IMG/VR virus record: IMGVR_UViG_3300018069_000018
Coordinates: 1 to 40,794 of that record
Origin: a virus
DNA length: 40,794 nt
Reading direction: 5' to 3' (one strand)
Below the pieces are notes generated by a model. The model saw only the letters and a program-made list of their open reading frames with translations, made no database searches and had not been told where the DNA came from. The position numbers were made by a program, and so were the translations under genes. Shown here in pieces: positions 18,210 to 27,609 of the stretch; within the stretch, counting starts at the first letter, position 1; each line of letters opens with the position of its first letter.

Positions 18210-18395
18210 ATGGGAACAACCAACAGCAAGGTTCGTGAGGCGTTCGAGGAGCACCGCATCATCCGCCGGGTCGATGCTGACCCGCCCGAGGGGGACCTCG
18301 AGGGCGGTGAGGTGTGGTTCCGGACGGACACCAACGAGTTCCGAGCGTACAACGGCAACAGCTACGGGACGCTCGGCTTCACGGCGGATGCCTGA
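18210..18395 (+). CDS. Small head-associated protein (61 aa)
   Basis: GAGGTGA RBS; PPEGDLEGGEVWFRTDTNEFRAYNG resembles short fibre/decoration motifs. Confidence 0.65.
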   Translation: MGTTNSKVREAFEEHRIIRRVDADPPEGDLEGGEVWFRTDTNEFRAYNGNSYGTLGFTADA

Positions 18396-18406
18396 GGTGA
18401 CCTGAC

Positions 18407-18772
18407 ATGGTATCCATCCGCCACGAGCGTGGCCCTGGCCGATTCGCGCACGCCGCCCTCGACGGTGTCTCCGGGCACGGTGACATCCACGATGTCTCCG
18501 AGGCTGCAGCGGAGTACCTCTGCGATGAGGTGGGGTACTTCGACCGCGCGAACGTGACCGACGTCGAGTACGAAGAAGTCGAGGGAGACGACGAGACCCT
18601 CGAATCGGACGCCGGTCTCGAGTACGAGGAGGTGTCCGCCATCGAGGACCACCTTGACGCCGGCGAGTGCCCCTGGTGCGACGAGTACGAGGGCGACGGC
18701 GTCCCCCAGCACGCCGCCAGCGCGCACGCCGACGAGTGGGAGGCGTACAAGGCGGCTGTCGAGGAGGAGTAA
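18407..18772 (+). CDS. Acidic protein with C-terminal C2H2-like motif
   Basis: GAGGTGA RBS; CPWC..HAASAH. Confidence 0.75.
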   Translation: MVSIRHERGPGRFAHAALDGVSGHGDIHDVSEAAAEYLCDEVGYFDRANVTDVEYEEVEGDDETLESDAGLEYEEVSAIEDHLDAGECPWCDEYEGDGVPQHAASAHADEWEAYKAAVEEE

Positions 18773-18778
18773 CCCGCT

Positions 18779-19522
18779 ATGCCTGAGGGGTACTGCACGC
18801 TCGTCGACGTCCGGAAGGCACTCCGGCAGGCCGACCTTCCGGGTGACGTCAGCCAAGACCCACAGATTGCCGTGAAGGCGATCGTCTCGCAGACGGAGCC
18901 GCTCCGGAAGTCGTTGAAGCGGCACTGGTACGCCACGGAAAGCAGCCAGATTCTCGACGAAGCGACGGAAGTCGACATTCCCACCGAGCCGAAGACGCGG
19001 AATGACGAGTACGACATCCCGACGGGTGGGACGATGATTGCTGGGCAGGCGCCGGCGCCGAAGACCAGCCAAGGGACGTATGCGAAGATCTCACTCGACC
19101 GGCGGGATGCGGACAGCGTGAGCGCGCTCCACGTCCGAACCGAGGACGGGACGTTCGAGGACTGGGCGGCGAGCGCGGACTACTCCGAGGGCGAGTGGCC
19201 GCCGTCGGGCGAGGACTACTATCTGAGAACGAACAACGGCGGCTGGTCGCGGTTGTACCTCGACACGACGAACTTCCTCAAGGAGAATGAGGACGACGAG
19301 TACGTCCTCGACTCGTTCGCGAACGCAGTATATTTGGAGTTCTCGTTCGGCCACGAGGGCATCCCCGAGAACGTCCGCAGGGCGGTTGCCTTCAGGGCGG
19401 CTGCGGACCTCGTCGAGGAACCCAGCTTCCAGATTCCCGACAACGCGAACGTCTACGGCGCCGAGTCGAAAGCCAGCGAGTTGCGCGAACAGGCGGACGA
19501 ACTCCTCGAGGTCTACAAGTGA
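18779..19522 (+). CDS. Head-tail adaptor (putative)
   Basis: YCTLVDVRKAL N-terminus and FGHEGIPENVRRAV C-terminus typical of gp6-like adaptors; position. Confidence 0.7.
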   Translation: MPEGYCTLVDVRKALRQADLPGDVSQDPQIAVKAIVSQTEPLRKSLKRHWYATESSQILDEATEVDIPTEPKTRNDEYDIPTGGTMIAGQAPAPKTSQGTYAKISLDRRDADSVSALHVRTEDGTFEDWAASADYSEGEWPPSGEDYYLRTNNGGWSRLYLDTTNFLKENEDDEYVLDSFANAVYLEFSFGHEGIPENVRRAVAFRAAADLVEEPSFQIPDNANVYGAESKASELREQADELLEVYK

Positions 19523-19529
19523 CCCCCAC

Positions 19530-20054
19530 ATGTCCACAGGGAATCCTGCGGCGACGGTCACCATCGAATTCGAATTGGACCTCACGGCGGACCCGCTGGG
19601 GGCCGTCCTCGAGGTCTCGGTGCCCGACGCGGCGAGCCAGGGGGCGCGGGAGGCGTTCCTCGACAGCGCAGAGGAGGCGCTCGTGGGCGCTCGGGGGAAT
19701 CTCGTCTCCCAGTGTGTTGGGGAGGCGCACGACCAGCTCGCCAGCTACGCGAGCAGTCAGGGCGGCTACGCGTACGACCCCGTCGAAGACAGCTTCCAGG
19801 GCGTCACTGTTGAGCGCGGCCAGCGTGGCCTCACCATCGAGTGGTCGTGGGGGCACGTCGCGGCGGGGCTCTGGGAGTTCGGCGTCCCACCGCACACGAT
19901 TCGGGGCGACCCCCTGCATTTCTACTGGGCCGAACAGGACCAGTGGATTCAGACCGACGAGGTCAACTGGGGGAGCGAGACTGGCGGCATCCCCGAGGCG
20001 CGGTGGGTGCGTGACAGCCTGCATTGGCTCCGCCGGGAGGTGGCGCAGGTATGA
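19530..20054 (+). CDS. Neck/tail completion protein (HK97 gp10-like, putative)
   Basis: LWEFGVPPHTI motif; position after the adaptor. Confidence 0.6.
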   Translation: MSTGNPAATVTIEFELDLTADPLGAVLEVSVPDAASQGAREAFLDSAEEALVGARGNLVSQCVGEAHDQLASYASSQGGYAYDPVEDSFQGVTVERGQRGLTIEWSWGHVAAGLWEFGVPPHTIRGDPLHFYWAEQDQWIQTDEVNWGSETGGIPEARWVRDSLHWLRREVAQV

Positions 20055-20581
20055 CTAGCGAGGTCGACTTCGTTCTCGACCAGTTCGCGGCCGTCGCGGA
20101 CACCATCAGCAACGAGTACACGCTCGAAAGCGGCGACCCCGTACGGCTCGAGCGCGTGAATCGTGACGAGTCCCGCATCCTCGAACAGGACGTCCAATCT
20201 ATCAAGGGCGACCTCGAGAAGGCGGCGTTCGTCGGCGCCACCCACGTCGACACGGTCCGCGATCCGGTCGGCACGGAGTACGACGCCAGCCGGGAGGTTG
20301 TCGTCGGCGTCCGGGTCACGGGGCTTACCTCCCAGGGCTCGTACGGCCACATCGACCCAAGTGGCGAGGACGGCATCCCGTTCGACAACGGGGTCGACGG
20401 GCTTGTGAATCGGCTGAAGGATGCGCTCTGGAGTGAGCGCACGTGGCCCGACGCGGGCCCCGACCCGAGTGTGTACTACACGGACCTCGAGCTGCAGAAT
20501 GAGGCAAACACGAGCGAGCAGTGGGCGGACTTCTGGCGTGCTGACTGGGGTGTCGTTTTCGACGGCTACGAAGAGCTATGA
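20051..20581 (+). CDS. Tail terminator-like protein (putative)
   Basis: 176 aa, ATGA coupling; position before the tail tube. Confidence 0.6.
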   Translation: MTSEVDFVLDQFAAVADTISNEYTLESGDPVRLERVNRDESRILEQDVQSIKGDLEKAAFVGATHVDTVRDPVGTEYDASREVVVGVRVTGLTSQGSYGHIDPSGEDGIPFDNGVDGLVNRLKDALWSERTWPDAGPDPSVYYTDLELQNEANTSEQWADFWRADWGVVFDGYEEL

Positions 20582-20624
20582 GTTACGCAACCACTTCCAC
20601 GACCTGTAGCGGAGGCATCGACCG

Positions 20625-20879
20625 ATGACTACGGACACCACCACGGCAATCGAGGAACTCCTTGACGAAGTGGCGGACGCGACCGCCACCATCGAGGCGG
20701 AACTCCCCGACGAAATCCACGTGACTGGCGTCCAGACCGACCCCTCCTCGCACGACGACATCGCCATCCGCTTCGACGCTCCTGCGCTTGAAGCACAACT
20801 CGAAGACGCCTTCGACGACCTCACTGTCGACGTCGACGCGTCTGGAACGGTCTACGTTCCGACGGAGGACAACGCATGA
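20625..20879 (+). CDS. Hypothetical protein (84 aa)
   Basis: Acidic; stop overlaps the tail tube ATG. Confidence 0.65.
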   Translation: MTTDTTTAIEELLDEVADATATIEAELPDEIHVTGVQTDPSSHDDIAIRFDAPALEAQLEDAFDDLTVDVDASGTVYVPTEDNA

Positions 20880-21781
20880 GCGGCGCCGGCAGCGCGAGCC
20901 TCGCATGGGCGCCCGAAACCGACTACCTCCTGGGCGTCGGGGACACGCCGACGTACCGGGACTTCGGCGCGAACGAAACCGTCGAAACATCCGAACTCTC
21001 GCGGAACCTCCTCGAAATCTACGCGCCCGACGACCCCGAGACCCAGAGCTTCCTCGCTCGAAATCTGGGTGGCCAGCTCGACGTTTCGTTCATCATGCGA
21101 GACGACCAGTTCCACCGCCTCATTTTCGCGGATGGGTTCACGGGGTTCACCTCGGGGCCTGCTCCAAGCGCAGAGGTGTACGCTGGTGTCGACACGATTG
21201 ACGCGACGACGGAACGCCAGTTTATGGGATGGGCACCCGCGACGGCATCGGTCGCTTACAGCGGCTCGACGGAAGCCGTCCGCGTCACCCTCTCCGGAGC
21301 GTACGGCACTGAGAAGAAGAACACGAGCCTCACGCCGGGCACCATCGAATCCGGCAGCGACGAAGTCCCCGGGCACGGCGCCAGTCTCTCCTTTGCGGGG
21401 ACGCCAGTGGAGAAGCTGCAGTCCGCGACGCTGAACTTCGAGGGACTGAGTCGACTGCATCGTGGCCCCCAGCAGGAGCCCGTCGACGCCGTCGTTGGCA
21501 ACGTCTCGACGTCGGTGGACATCCAGTCCATCTACCAAGATCCGACGCACTACGAGCGCATCCTCGGCAGCGCCGGCGCGTCGACGATGGAGGAATCCGT
21601 GGATGAGGTCGCGGCCGAGCTGGCGTTCGACGTCGAGGGATCGACGGTCGCGAGCTACCAGTTCCAGGCGGCGCCAGACACCTACGACTGGGTCGACCTC
21701 GTCAACCCCGACAACGACCTGAACGAGTCCATCAACTACCTCGGCCGGTCGGTCACCGGCAGCGACCCCACCACCGCATGA
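20876..21781 (+). CDS. Tail tube (major tail) protein (putative)
   Basis: 301 aa, beta-rich, directly before the chaperone and tape-measure genes. Confidence 0.7.
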   Translation: MSGAGSASLAWAPETDYLLGVGDTPTYRDFGANETVETSELSRNLLEIYAPDDPETQSFLARNLGGQLDVSFIMRDDQFHRLIFADGFTGFTSGPAPSAEVYAGVDTIDATTERQFMGWAPATASVAYSGSTEAVRVTLSGAYGTEKKNTSLTPGTIESGSDEVPGHGASLSFAGTPVEKLQSATLNFEGLSRLHRGPQQEPVDAVVGNVSTSVDIQSIYQDPTHYERILGSAGASTMEESVDEVAAELAFDVEGSTVASYQFQAAPDTYDWVDLVNPDNDLNESINYLGRSVTGSDPTTA

Positions 21782-22260
21782 CGGACTTCACCTACCCACC
21801 CACGCGAGAGTTCACGCTCGAAGAAGCGCTCGCTGACGTCGAGTCCGAGCTCGCCGACGCCAAACGGCGCGTCGACGAACTCGAGGACGACGAGAACGCG
21901 AAACAGTCCGCGCTTCAGGATGCTCGGTCGGAGCGTGAGGATGCGGCGGGCAAACAGCGCGCGCTCAACTGGGCAATCGGGGAGTTCGGTGAGGACGCCA
22001 CGATCACCATGGAGGCGTTCACCGCGACGACACGAGCGCGGACACTCGACGAGATGCAGTCCTCGACGATGGGTGACGTCGGCGGGATGGAGTCCCGCAT
22101 CTGGCTGCTCGCCGCTGCCCTCCAGGAGGCGCCATGGCTCACCGGCGACGAGGATCTCGCGGAAGCAGCGCGGGTGACGGGCGCTCTTCCGCCAGCGGTG
22201 CAGGACTTCCTCGACGACGAGCTCACCGCGTTGAACGACCTCAGCGAGGGAAACTCGTAA
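21778..22260 (+). CDS. Tail assembly chaperone (G-like)
   Basis: Position; ends GAG GGA AAC TCG TAA, containing a slippery heptamer. Confidence 0.75.
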   Translation: MTDFTYPPTREFTLEEALADVESELADAKRRVDELEDDENAKQSALQDARSEREDAAGKQRALNWAIGEFGEDATITMEAFTATTRARTLDEMQSSTMGDVGGMESRIWLLAAALQEAPWLTGDEDLAEAARVTGALPPAVQDFLDDELTALNDLSEGNS

Positions 22261-22448
22261 CGACGCGGCGACTCGCTGCGGGCGAAGCGATCGACCCGAG
22301 CGTCGAGGACATCATTCGGCATGGGATCATGGCGGCGATTCAGGCGGGCCATGACCCGCGGGAGGTCCGTGAGTGGAGTGAGAGTGACATCATGCATTAC
22401 AGCCAGCACGTCCAGTTCAGCAACCCCCTACGGGACTATCAGTCATGA
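22248..22448 (+). other. -1 frameshift site G GGA AAC (22248-22254) and T-like extension giving a ~223-aa G-T product
   Basis: Heptamer is in the correct phase; the -1 frame is open to TGA 22448, which overlaps the next ATG. Confidence 0.75.
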
Positions 22449-23665
22449 CGGATTTTAGCATCGAGTCCGGGGTTCGGATTCCGGACCGTGAGAAACGAGA
22501 CGCGAAGCGTGACCTCCAGCAGTCCATCGGCGACGTCACCATCGACGTCGACGCAGCCCAGAGCGGCGCCGGCGGGGCGTCGACTGCGGGGCTTGCCGGT
22601 GGGGCTGGCGCGCTCGACGAGCTCAGTGATCAAACGGACTTGCTGCAATCTATCTCGGATGAGTTAGAGAAGATTGGGGTCTCTGGTGGAGGAGGTGGCG
22701 GTGGCGGCGGGGGTAGCCTCCTCGGCGGGACATCCGGGGTCGCCATCGGGAGCGCCCTCACAGGTGGCGGTGGCCTCCTCGGGACCGTCCTCGGGAAGGG
22801 CAAGAGTGGGCTCGGGTCGCTCCTGAAGGGGCGTGGCAGTATCACGGGCGCCATCGGTCGGAGCCCGTTCACGATGCTCTCCCAGACGGCAGGGCGTCGC
22901 GACGTCTCCAGTCGCGCCGGACAGGGGGCGTCGGGGCCTGTGACCGGTGCGATGTCGGACATCGCGACGGGCGACTTCCAGCTCAAGGAGGACTTCTGGC
23001 CCGACCTCTCCCCACCCGAAGACCTCTGGAACGTCGATCTCAGCCCGCCAAAGAGCCTCTGGGGATTCGACCTCTCACCGCCGAATGATCTCTGGGGGTT
23101 CGATTTGAGTCCGCCCGACAACCTCTGGAACGTCGACCTGAGCCCACCGGACGACCTCTGGGGCATTGACCTGAGTCCGCCGGACGATCTCTGGGGCGTG
23201 GATCTCAGCCCACCCGGCGACCTCTGGGGCATTGACCTGAGTCCGCCAGCAGATATCTGGAACGTGGACTTGAGTCCTCCAGATGACTTGTGGCCGTCGA
23301 TCAAACTCCCCACGAGCGGCATCTGGAGCGCACTCAATCCGAACAGCGGCGACAACGGTCGAGTCTCCGAGGGCACGCAGGACGTCCGTGGAAAGACCTC
23401 CGGGCCAACACCTGGCCGGACGTCGATCGAAGGGTTTAGTCCGCCGTCCTCACCGTCGAATCAGTCTTCGACGGCAGCATCACCGGCGCCGTCGAGCGCT
23501 GGGGCAGAACCACGCATCGATGTTGTGGTCCAAGAGGTTGCCGCTCGCATCGACCGTGGTCGCGCGCTTGAGGATGCACTACAGGGGGCGTTAGAGACGG
23601 TGACGCCGGAGATCAAAAACGAGGTCGTCGCCCAGATTCAGGAGGATATGCCAGGCCGCCTCTAA
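22445..23665 (+). CDS. Tape-measure-position protein, short (406 aa), with 11-aa repeats
   Basis: Follows the G/G-T chaperones; Gly-rich region then nine DLSPPxxLWxx units. Confidence 0.7.
   Translation: MTDFSIESGVRIPDREKRDAKRDLQQSIGDVTIDVDAAQSGAGGASTAGLAGGAGALDELSDQTDLLQSISDELEKIGVSGGGGGGGGGGSLLGGTSGVAIGSALTGGGGLLGTVLGKGKSGLGSLLKGRGSITGAIGRSPFTMLSQTAGRRDVSSRAGQGASGPVTGAMSDIATGDFQLKEDFWPDLSPPEDLWNVDLSPPKSLWGFDLSPPNDLWGFDLSPPDNLWNVDLSPPDDLWGIDLSPPDDLWGVDLSPPGDLWGIDLSPPADIWNVDLSPPDDLWPSIKLPTSGIWSALNPNSGDNGRVSEGTQDVRGKTSGPTPGRTSIEGFSPPSSPSNQSSTAASPAPSSAGAEPRIDVVVQEVAARIDRGRALEDALQGALETVTPEIKNEVVAQIQEDMPGRL
23003..23299 (+). repeat. In-frame tandem repeat, 9 x 33 bp
   Basis: Encodes DLSPP(E/K/N/D/G/A)xLW(N/G)x nine times, with synonymous divergence between units. 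Confidence 0.9.
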
Positions 23666-24219
23666 CTCGCTGCCTCAAGTTTCTTCGCAGCGCGCTTCTT
23701 CGCGAAGTACCCGACCGCTGCAAGGATCACGCCGACGATCGCGAACACCACTCCCCAGACGAACACCCCGATGAAACTCCCAACGAATGTCCCGGCTTCA
23801 CTTGCGGTCTGGGGGTCGCCCGTGAGGTTCGGCACGTAGAACAAGACGGGGACCAGCGGGAGTAGCAGGGCGCTGATGTACAGGCCGGAGCCGATGACTT
23901 CACTCACAAGTCGCTTGTTGCGGAGGTATATCGCGGACCCGGCCCAGCCGATGAGGAAGACGATACCGCTGCCGCCGATTGTTCCGAACCCCCAGGCGAG
24001 AAGGCCACCGGGAATGAGGCCCATGAGTGCAGCCGCGATGACAACCGACCACGATGTCTTGTCCTCATCTTCGATGTATGCGCCGTCAAGGTCGGCCGTC
24101 TCATCGTCGACGTCGCCATCTTCAACGCCCTCATTGTCGCCGTTGACGGGGGTACCGCACTCCGGGCAGTATGCGGCGTCCGCGGAGAGTTCTGTTCCGC
24201 AGTCGGTGCAGTAGCTCAT
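23662..24219 (-). CDS. Zinc-ribbon plus multi-pass membrane protein, antisense insert in the tail module
   Basis: MSYCTDCG..YCPECG followed by about four hydrophobic helices and a basic C-terminus. Confidence 0.85.
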   Translation of the reverse strand: MSYCTDCGTELSADAAYCPECGTPVNGDNEGVEDGDVDDETADLDGAYIEDEDKTSWSVVIAAALMGLIPGGLLAWGFGTIGGSGIVFLIGWAGSAIYLRNKRLVSEVIGSGLYISALLLPLVPVLFYVPNLTGDPQTASEAGTFVGSFIGVFVWGVVFAIVGVILAAVGYFAKKRAAKKLEAAS

Positions 24220-24290
24220 AGTCGGCTGTTACTCTGACAGTTGTCAAATAAGTTCGGCCACCCCGAAGCCAGCAGTTTTCCATACAACGC

Positions 24291-24878
24291 ATGCCAGACC
24301 CACTCCCAACACTCCGCATCACCATCGACGGTGAACTCGGCACCGGCGTCTTCGAAACGTACCACACGACCGTCGCCCCATCGCTCCGGACAGGATACGT
24401 CGTCGGCGGCCGCGGCAGCACTGTCAACGCCGTCCTCGGCCAACTCGCCAACGACGGCGAAGACTCCAAACGCAAAGGCGTCTACCTCGACGCCGGCGGC
24501 GGCTCCCTCACCTGGAGCATGGAATTCCGCCAGTGGGAGGGATCCAGCGACGAACACGGCGACCCACTCCAGTGGGGTGACTCCCAAGACCCCACCGTCC
24601 ACACGAAGACATCCGCCACCGGTGCGTCAGCGCTCAGTAAGCTCGAGTGCCTCCTGTATTGGTGGGAGCAGACGACGATCGACTCGGAGAACCCCGCGCT
24701 ATTGGCGTACGGCCAGCACTACGACCAGGGGCTCTACGAGCCGAAGGAGATCGTCTTTGAGGAACCGACAATCCGGGATGTCGCCGAGGACGGCCAACAC
24801 ATCACGGGGTCGATGACACTCGTCAGTGCGGCGAATCTCCGCGATATCCAGGACGCAGCCAACCGCCTCTTCACGTAA
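24291..24878 (+). CDS. Tail protein (distal-tail position)
   Basis: 195 aa, follows the tape measure; acidic. Confidence 0.65.
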   Translation: MPDPLPTLRITIDGELGTGVFETYHTTVAPSLRTGYVVGGRGSTVNAVLGQLANDGEDSKRKGVYLDAGGGSLTWSMEFRQWEGSSDEHGDPLQWGDSQDPTVHTKTSATGASALSKLECLLYWWEQTTIDSENPALLAYGQHYDQGLYEPKEIVFEEPTIRDVAEDGQHITGSMTLVSAANLRDIQDAANRLFT

Positions 24879-24881
24879 CCC

Positions 24882-26015
24882 ATGAGTGACACCTACTTGT
24901 ACCGGCAGGCGATTCCCGAGCAGGCACAGACGCGGACGGGTAGCCAGCAGCGCCGCCAGCTCTCGAAACTTGCGAGTCTCGACAGCGGTAGCAGCGTCGA
25001 AGACCTCGGCGGCGACCCCGGCGAATACACACTCGTCGGCCAGTACCGCGGCAAGTACGCTGAACTGATGGCCGAGGAACTCGAGGAGTTGTTCGGCCCC
25101 GACAACTCGTTTGAGGCGGTCGCGTACTACGCTCAGGATGGCCGGCTCCGGGAGACGGGGTACTACGCGCTGTCGAACATGGACGTCGGGCGGAATGATC
25201 CGCGGCGGGACTCAGTGCAGGACTTCGACGGTCGGTTGACGCGGGAGGGGACGCGGCAGAGTCATCGTCGCAGTCTGGAGGTTTCCCCGCAGCCCGTCCA
25301 CCGCAACGATTTCGGGAACGAGACGACTGCGTTGGTCGCGATCCCATCGGTTGCGGAGAAGCGCACGTGGTTTAGTCGCGAGACGCAGGCGCGTGAGCCG
25401 GTGTCTGTGGTGGAGACGGTCGCGTGTGAGGGGAGTCAAGCCGATGTCGATCTTGTTGATGCTCGTGGGATTGATCTTGCGAAGCCCGAGCTCGTCTATG
25501 ATGTCTCGTATGAGGCGGGTGGGCAGTGTGATGTCGTCCTCTGGGACGACCACAACCGGGCGAAGGTCGACAGTGAGGGCGTGAACTCGTGGCAGTGGGT
25601 GTTTGCCACGTCGCACGAGTATAGCGGGACGCCCGTGATTGATACGGGCCGACTCCGACTACGGCTCGACGAAACCAGTGGTCTCACCGCCGAAACCTAC
25701 AACCCCACCCAAGACACCTGGACCAGCGTCGGCCTCCCAGACTCGGACTGGCAGCTCCGCGACGTCGACATCACGCACGTCAGCCCGATCCGCATCGAAA
25801 CCCAACTCGAATTCTCGCACCCCAGTGAGGGCGTCTTCGCTCTCAATGCGCTGGGGCGGCGTGGCCGCAGTACGATCCAGTTCATCGTCCCCGCAAGCAT
25901 CGAGGCGGCGACCCCGTCGGGGTTGCGCGACTACCTCGATGGGATTGCTGGCGAGTCAGTGCGGCGCCCCACGGCGTCACTCGGCCTTATCGCTCGTGAG
26001 GAGGTCAGACGGTAA
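24882..26015 (+). CDS. Minor tail protein (377 aa)
   Basis: Coupled ORF in the tail module; no specific motif recognised. Confidence 0.65.
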   Translation: MSDTYLYRQAIPEQAQTRTGSQQRRQLSKLASLDSGSSVEDLGGDPGEYTLVGQYRGKYAELMAEELEELFGPDNSFEAVAYYAQDGRLRETGYYALSNMDVGRNDPRRDSVQDFDGRLTREGTRQSHRRSLEVSPQPVHRNDFGNETTALVAIPSVAEKRTWFSRETQAREPVSVVETVACEGSQADVDLVDARGIDLAKPELVYDVSYEAGGQCDVVLWDDHNRAKVDSEGVNSWQWVFATSHEYSGTPVIDTGRLRLRLDETSGLTAETYNPTQDTWTSVGLPDSDWQLRDVDITHVSPIRIETQLEFSHPSEGVFALNALGRRGRSTIQFIVPASIEAATPSGLRDYLDGIAGESVRRPTASLGLIAREEVRR

Positions 26016-26401
26016 TGGTTGTTGCTGCAACCGAGTTGACGGTCGACGACACCGGCTCGGAGTCGATCACGATCTCGTGGACGGTCCGTGCAACAGCCGG
26101 CCAGCAACGCATCATCTACCGACGCGCCGACGACGGCACAGGGCCCGGCGACTGGCAGACCCACAACACGGTCGACATCAACACCTCATCGAGTGTTGTG
26201 GATGGCTTGCTGCACGGGGAGCGGTACGACCTGCGAGTCATCACAATCGACGATGGGCAGGAGGTTGCGGATGAGTCGCTGGCGAGCGGGCAGACAACCA
26301 CAGTGAGTAGCGGCGAGACAACCGAGTTCGTGAAGCCGCACGTAAATTCGGGGGTTGTGGATGTCGCGGGCGTGTTCCAACCAGTTGATACACAATCATG
26401 A
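26015..26401 (+). CDS. Fibronectin type III-like protein
   Basis: SITISW..RIIYRR..GLLHGERYDLRV FN3 pattern. Confidence 0.65.
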   Translation: MVVAATELTVDDTGSESITISWTVRATAGQQRIIYRRADDGTGPGDWQTHNTVDINTSSSVVDGLLHGERYDLRVITIDDGQEVADESLASGQTTTVSSGETTEFVKPHVNSGVVDVAGVFQPVDTQS

Positions 26402-27603
26402 TTGCTGAACCAAACTACCACCTGACAGACGCATCGGGCGACCTAATTGGAACGATCGGCGTCGATAGTAGTGGCGCGGTCGTGATCGATCACGCTGCCT
26501 CCGGCGAACTAGTCACGATTGACGCCGACGGCATCCACGGCGACGCACTCACCATCAGCGACGCCACAATCACCACCGAACTCACCGACCCGGCAGGCGT
26601 CACACACACCAGTGAACTTGCAGAGCTTAGTGACATCCCGGACTCGCTCTCAGACCCCGGCAACGTCCTCGGCGGGTCAACAGGAGAGTCGACCGACACC
26701 GCAGTCCACCCCGACGCGTCTGCAGCCGGCGGCGCTTCTGTCGCTATCTCAAATGCTACTGCAGGAGGATTCGAAGCATCCGCAATCGGTAACCAGACGG
26801 AAGCAACAGCCAGCGGGTCAACCGCAGTCGGAAGTCGTGCCAGTGCAACTGGAACGGACTCGACAGCAATCGGCGTTAATGCAGTCGCTCCAAATGACGA
26901 GGAGGGGGTGCTCGGCGAAGAGCCCGGTTCATTTGCGTCACCGTCATGGGTTGTGCCGGGCGACTTTACGGTACAGGGCTCGAAGAATTTCGAGATAGAC
27001 CACCCTCTGCGGCCTGACACTCACCGTCTTCGCCACGGCAACTACGAGGGCGACGTTTCAGGCGGCCTCATCTACCGGCGTGAGGTTTCAATCACGCTCT
27101 CGGACGGCGCGTCCGAAGGCACGGCGACACTCCAGATGCCCGAGTGGTTCGGTCCACTTGCCACGAACGTTGATGTAGTCGTGCAAGCACAGGGTCACTT
27201 CGGGGATGCCTACGCAGAGCGCGAGGAACCAACTGGCACAGACATCACTGTCACCGCGAACGAATCGGGCGACTACACGGTGGTTATCTATGCCACCCGT
27301 GACGACGAGAACGTCCCGAATCCCAGCGAGCACACTGTTACCCGGCCGAAGGGAGCGGGGTGGGATGGTGAGCCGCGGGCGTACTACCGTAACGCCCGCG
27401 GCGTAGACACCAGCCAGTACGAAGGCGTGAAGCGCGTCGAACAGTTCTTCGACCACACTGCGGAGTGCGACCCGACACCATGCGAGACGGCGTTTGAGGA
27501 GTGGTGCGTGACGCTGGCGGACGGGGAGCGCGTGGACGTGGACGAACCGATGGACGCAGCCCCGTCTGTAGTGATTGCTGCGGCACTGGAGACACACAGG
27601 TAA
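26398..27603 (+). CDS. Tail fibre with YadA/Hep_Hag-like head repeats and chaperone-like C-terminal domain
   Basis: 14-aa repeats ASAIGNQTEA/STAVGSRASA/STAIGVNAVA, then GSKNFEIDHP..LRHGNYEG. Confidence 0.72.
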   Translation: MIAEPNYHLTDASGDLIGTIGVDSSGAVVIDHAASGELVTIDADGIHGDALTISDATITTELTDPAGVTHTSELAELSDIPDSLSDPGNVLGGSTGESTDTAVHPDASAAGGASVAISNATAGGFEASAIGNQTEATASGSTAVGSRASATGTDSTAIGVNAVAPNDEEGVLGEEPGSFASPSWVVPGDFTVQGSKNFEIDHPLRPDTHRLRHGNYEGDVSGGLIYRREVSITLSDGASEGTATLQMPEWFGPLATNVDVVVQAQGHFGDAYAEREEPTGTDITVTANESGDYTVVIYATRDDENVPNPSEHTVTRPKGAGWDGEPRAYYRNARGVDTSQYEGVKRVEQFFDHTAECDPTPCETAFEEWCVTLADGERVDVDEPMDAAPSVVIAAALETHR

Positions 27604-27609
27604 CGAGTC

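Noticed and set aside
23003-23299. 33-bp periodic repeats as a CRISPR array
   Set aside because: Units are tandem, in frame and vary synonymously; there are no unique spacers and no cas genes.
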